From Oscillospiraceae bacterium (GTDB lineage Bacteria; Bacillota; Clostridia; Monoglobales; Monoglobaceae): DNA of 64,000 nucleotides. The stretch lies in the NCBI GenBank assembly GCA_015068605.1, contig SVKF01000004.1, positions 41,949 to 105,948 on the forward strand, given 5' to 3'. The notes under the pieces were generated by a model. The model was given only the letters and a program-made list of their open reading frames with translations, made no database searches and had not been told where the DNA came from. The position numbers were made by a program, and so were the translations under genes. Below are positions 63,276 through 64,000 of this stretch, in pieces; the first letter of the stretch is position 1, and every line of letters starts with the position of its first letter.

Positions 63276-64000
63276 TTAGTTATTTCCGCCAGCCATAGCA
63301 GCAACTTCAGCAGCAAAATCGTCAGTCTTCTTTTCAAGACCTTCACCCTTTTCAAAACGAGCGAACTTAACGATTTCGATTGTTGTGCCGAGTTCTTTTG
63401 CAACGCCGTCTAAGAACTTCTTAACATCCATATCAGGGTCCTTAACGAATGCCTGGTCGTTTAAGCAGATGTCCTTATAGAACTTCTTAATTCTTCCGAT
63501 AACCATCTTCTCAACGATAGCTTCAGGTTTTCCTTCTTCAAGAGCCTGAGCAGTTAATACTCTCTTTTCGTTCTCAACTTCTTCAGCAGGAACTTCTGAT
63601 TCCTTAACATATTTCGGGAATGCAGCAGCAACCTGAAGAGCAACATCATGAGCAGCGTTTTTAAATGCATCATCGTCAGCCTTTGCTGCATCGCCTAACT
63701 CAAAGTTAACCAATACACCAATCTTACCGCCACCATGAACATAAGCTGTGTTAATGCCTTCGTATCTTTCAAAACGACGAAGGTTCATATTTTCACCGAT
63801 TGTTGCGATTTTCTCTGTAAGAGCTTCGCCAACTGTCTGACCATCATAAAGCGGTGTTGCCTTAAGAGCTTCAACATCAGCCGGTGCATTGTCAGCAATA
63901 CACTTTGCAACATCGTGAACAAATGCCCGGAAATCAGCATTCTTTGCAACGAAGTCTGTTTCTGTATTGATTTCAACAACAACACCTACATTGCCGAATA
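63276..64000 (-). CDS. tsf: Translation elongation factor Ts; N-terminus beyond the window end
   Basis: The frame stays open upstream of the track ORF (63788) to position 64000: ...FGNVGVVVEINTETDFVAKNADF...ATIGENMNLRRFERY...HGGGKIGVLV, a typical EF-Ts core. Confidence 0.92.
   Translation of the reverse strand, partial: FGNVGVVVEINTETDFVAKNADFRAFVHDVAKCIADNAPADVEALKATPLYDGQTVGEALTEKIATIGENMNLRRFERYEGINTAYVHGGGKIGVLVNFELGDAAKADDDAFKNAAHDVALQVAAAFPKYVKESEVPAEEVENEKRVLTAQALEEGKPEAIVEKMVIGRIKKFYKDICLNDQAFVKDPDMDVKKFLDGVAKELGTTIEIVKFARFEKGEGLEKKTDDFAAEVAAMAGGNN

Noticed and set aside
63785-63985. 66 aa minus-strand ORF (MLLLKSIQKQ...) at the right edge
   Set aside because: It is an alternative frame inside the tsf gene. 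The EF-Ts frame stays open and conserved-looking through to position 64000.
1-64000. Search for mobile genetic elements, prophage, toxin-antitoxin or defence islands
   Set aside because: No integrase, transposase, recombinase, restriction/modification, Cas, abortive-infection-type ATPase or nuclease, or phage structural gene is recognisable. The only RHH-type small protein (43397-43612) has no adjacent toxin partner and sits inside the BMC operon.

Overview
AT-rich chromosomal segment from a spore-forming Clostridia-class Firmicute, probably gut-associated. Supporting genes are an alpha/beta SASP, gpr, cwlD, the SCIFF peptide with its maturase, SLH-domain surface proteins and a bile salt hydrolase at the left edge. 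No rRNA, tRNA, CRISPR array, transposase, integrase or phage gene was seen.

Most of the window is housekeeping:
- pgsA-copA, asnB, and a seven-gene pyr operon in the order pyrC-K-D-F-E-B-I
- truA, comEA, rhaB, type III glutamine synthetase, an NCS2 purine permease
- folD, ygiQ, the ACT/UPF0210 pair, and tsf at the right edge

Three accessory blocks stand out.
1. A roughly 14 kb, 18-gene glycyl-radical-enzyme bacterial microcompartment locus (39.9-54.1 kb, minus strand). Its core matches the published fucose/rhamnose GRM5 class. It also carries a translationally coupled HAD hydrolase, an embedded ribbon-helix-helix protein, a DUF336 protein with an encapsulation-peptide-like N-terminus, and an aldolase with a Cys4 tail.
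2. A minus-strand operon of three large secreted or SLH-anchored proteins (31.3-38.0 kb). One of them ends in an EF-Tu domain II-like module. Two unannotated small ORFs sit upstream, and a 7TM-LuxR one-component regulator is encoded divergently, with tandem AGTGTGGG repeats in its leader.
3. An AraC-controlled cluster of Gfo/Idh/MocA oxidoreductase, TIM-barrel isomerase and a second Gfo/Idh/MocA oxidoreductase (59-63 kb).

Several short repeat and hairpin families recur in intergenic regions. Two normally tight gene pairs (pyrB-pyrI and ACT-UPF0210) are split by GC-rich inserts flanked by inverted repeats.

All functional calls come from reading motifs by eye. No database search was run.
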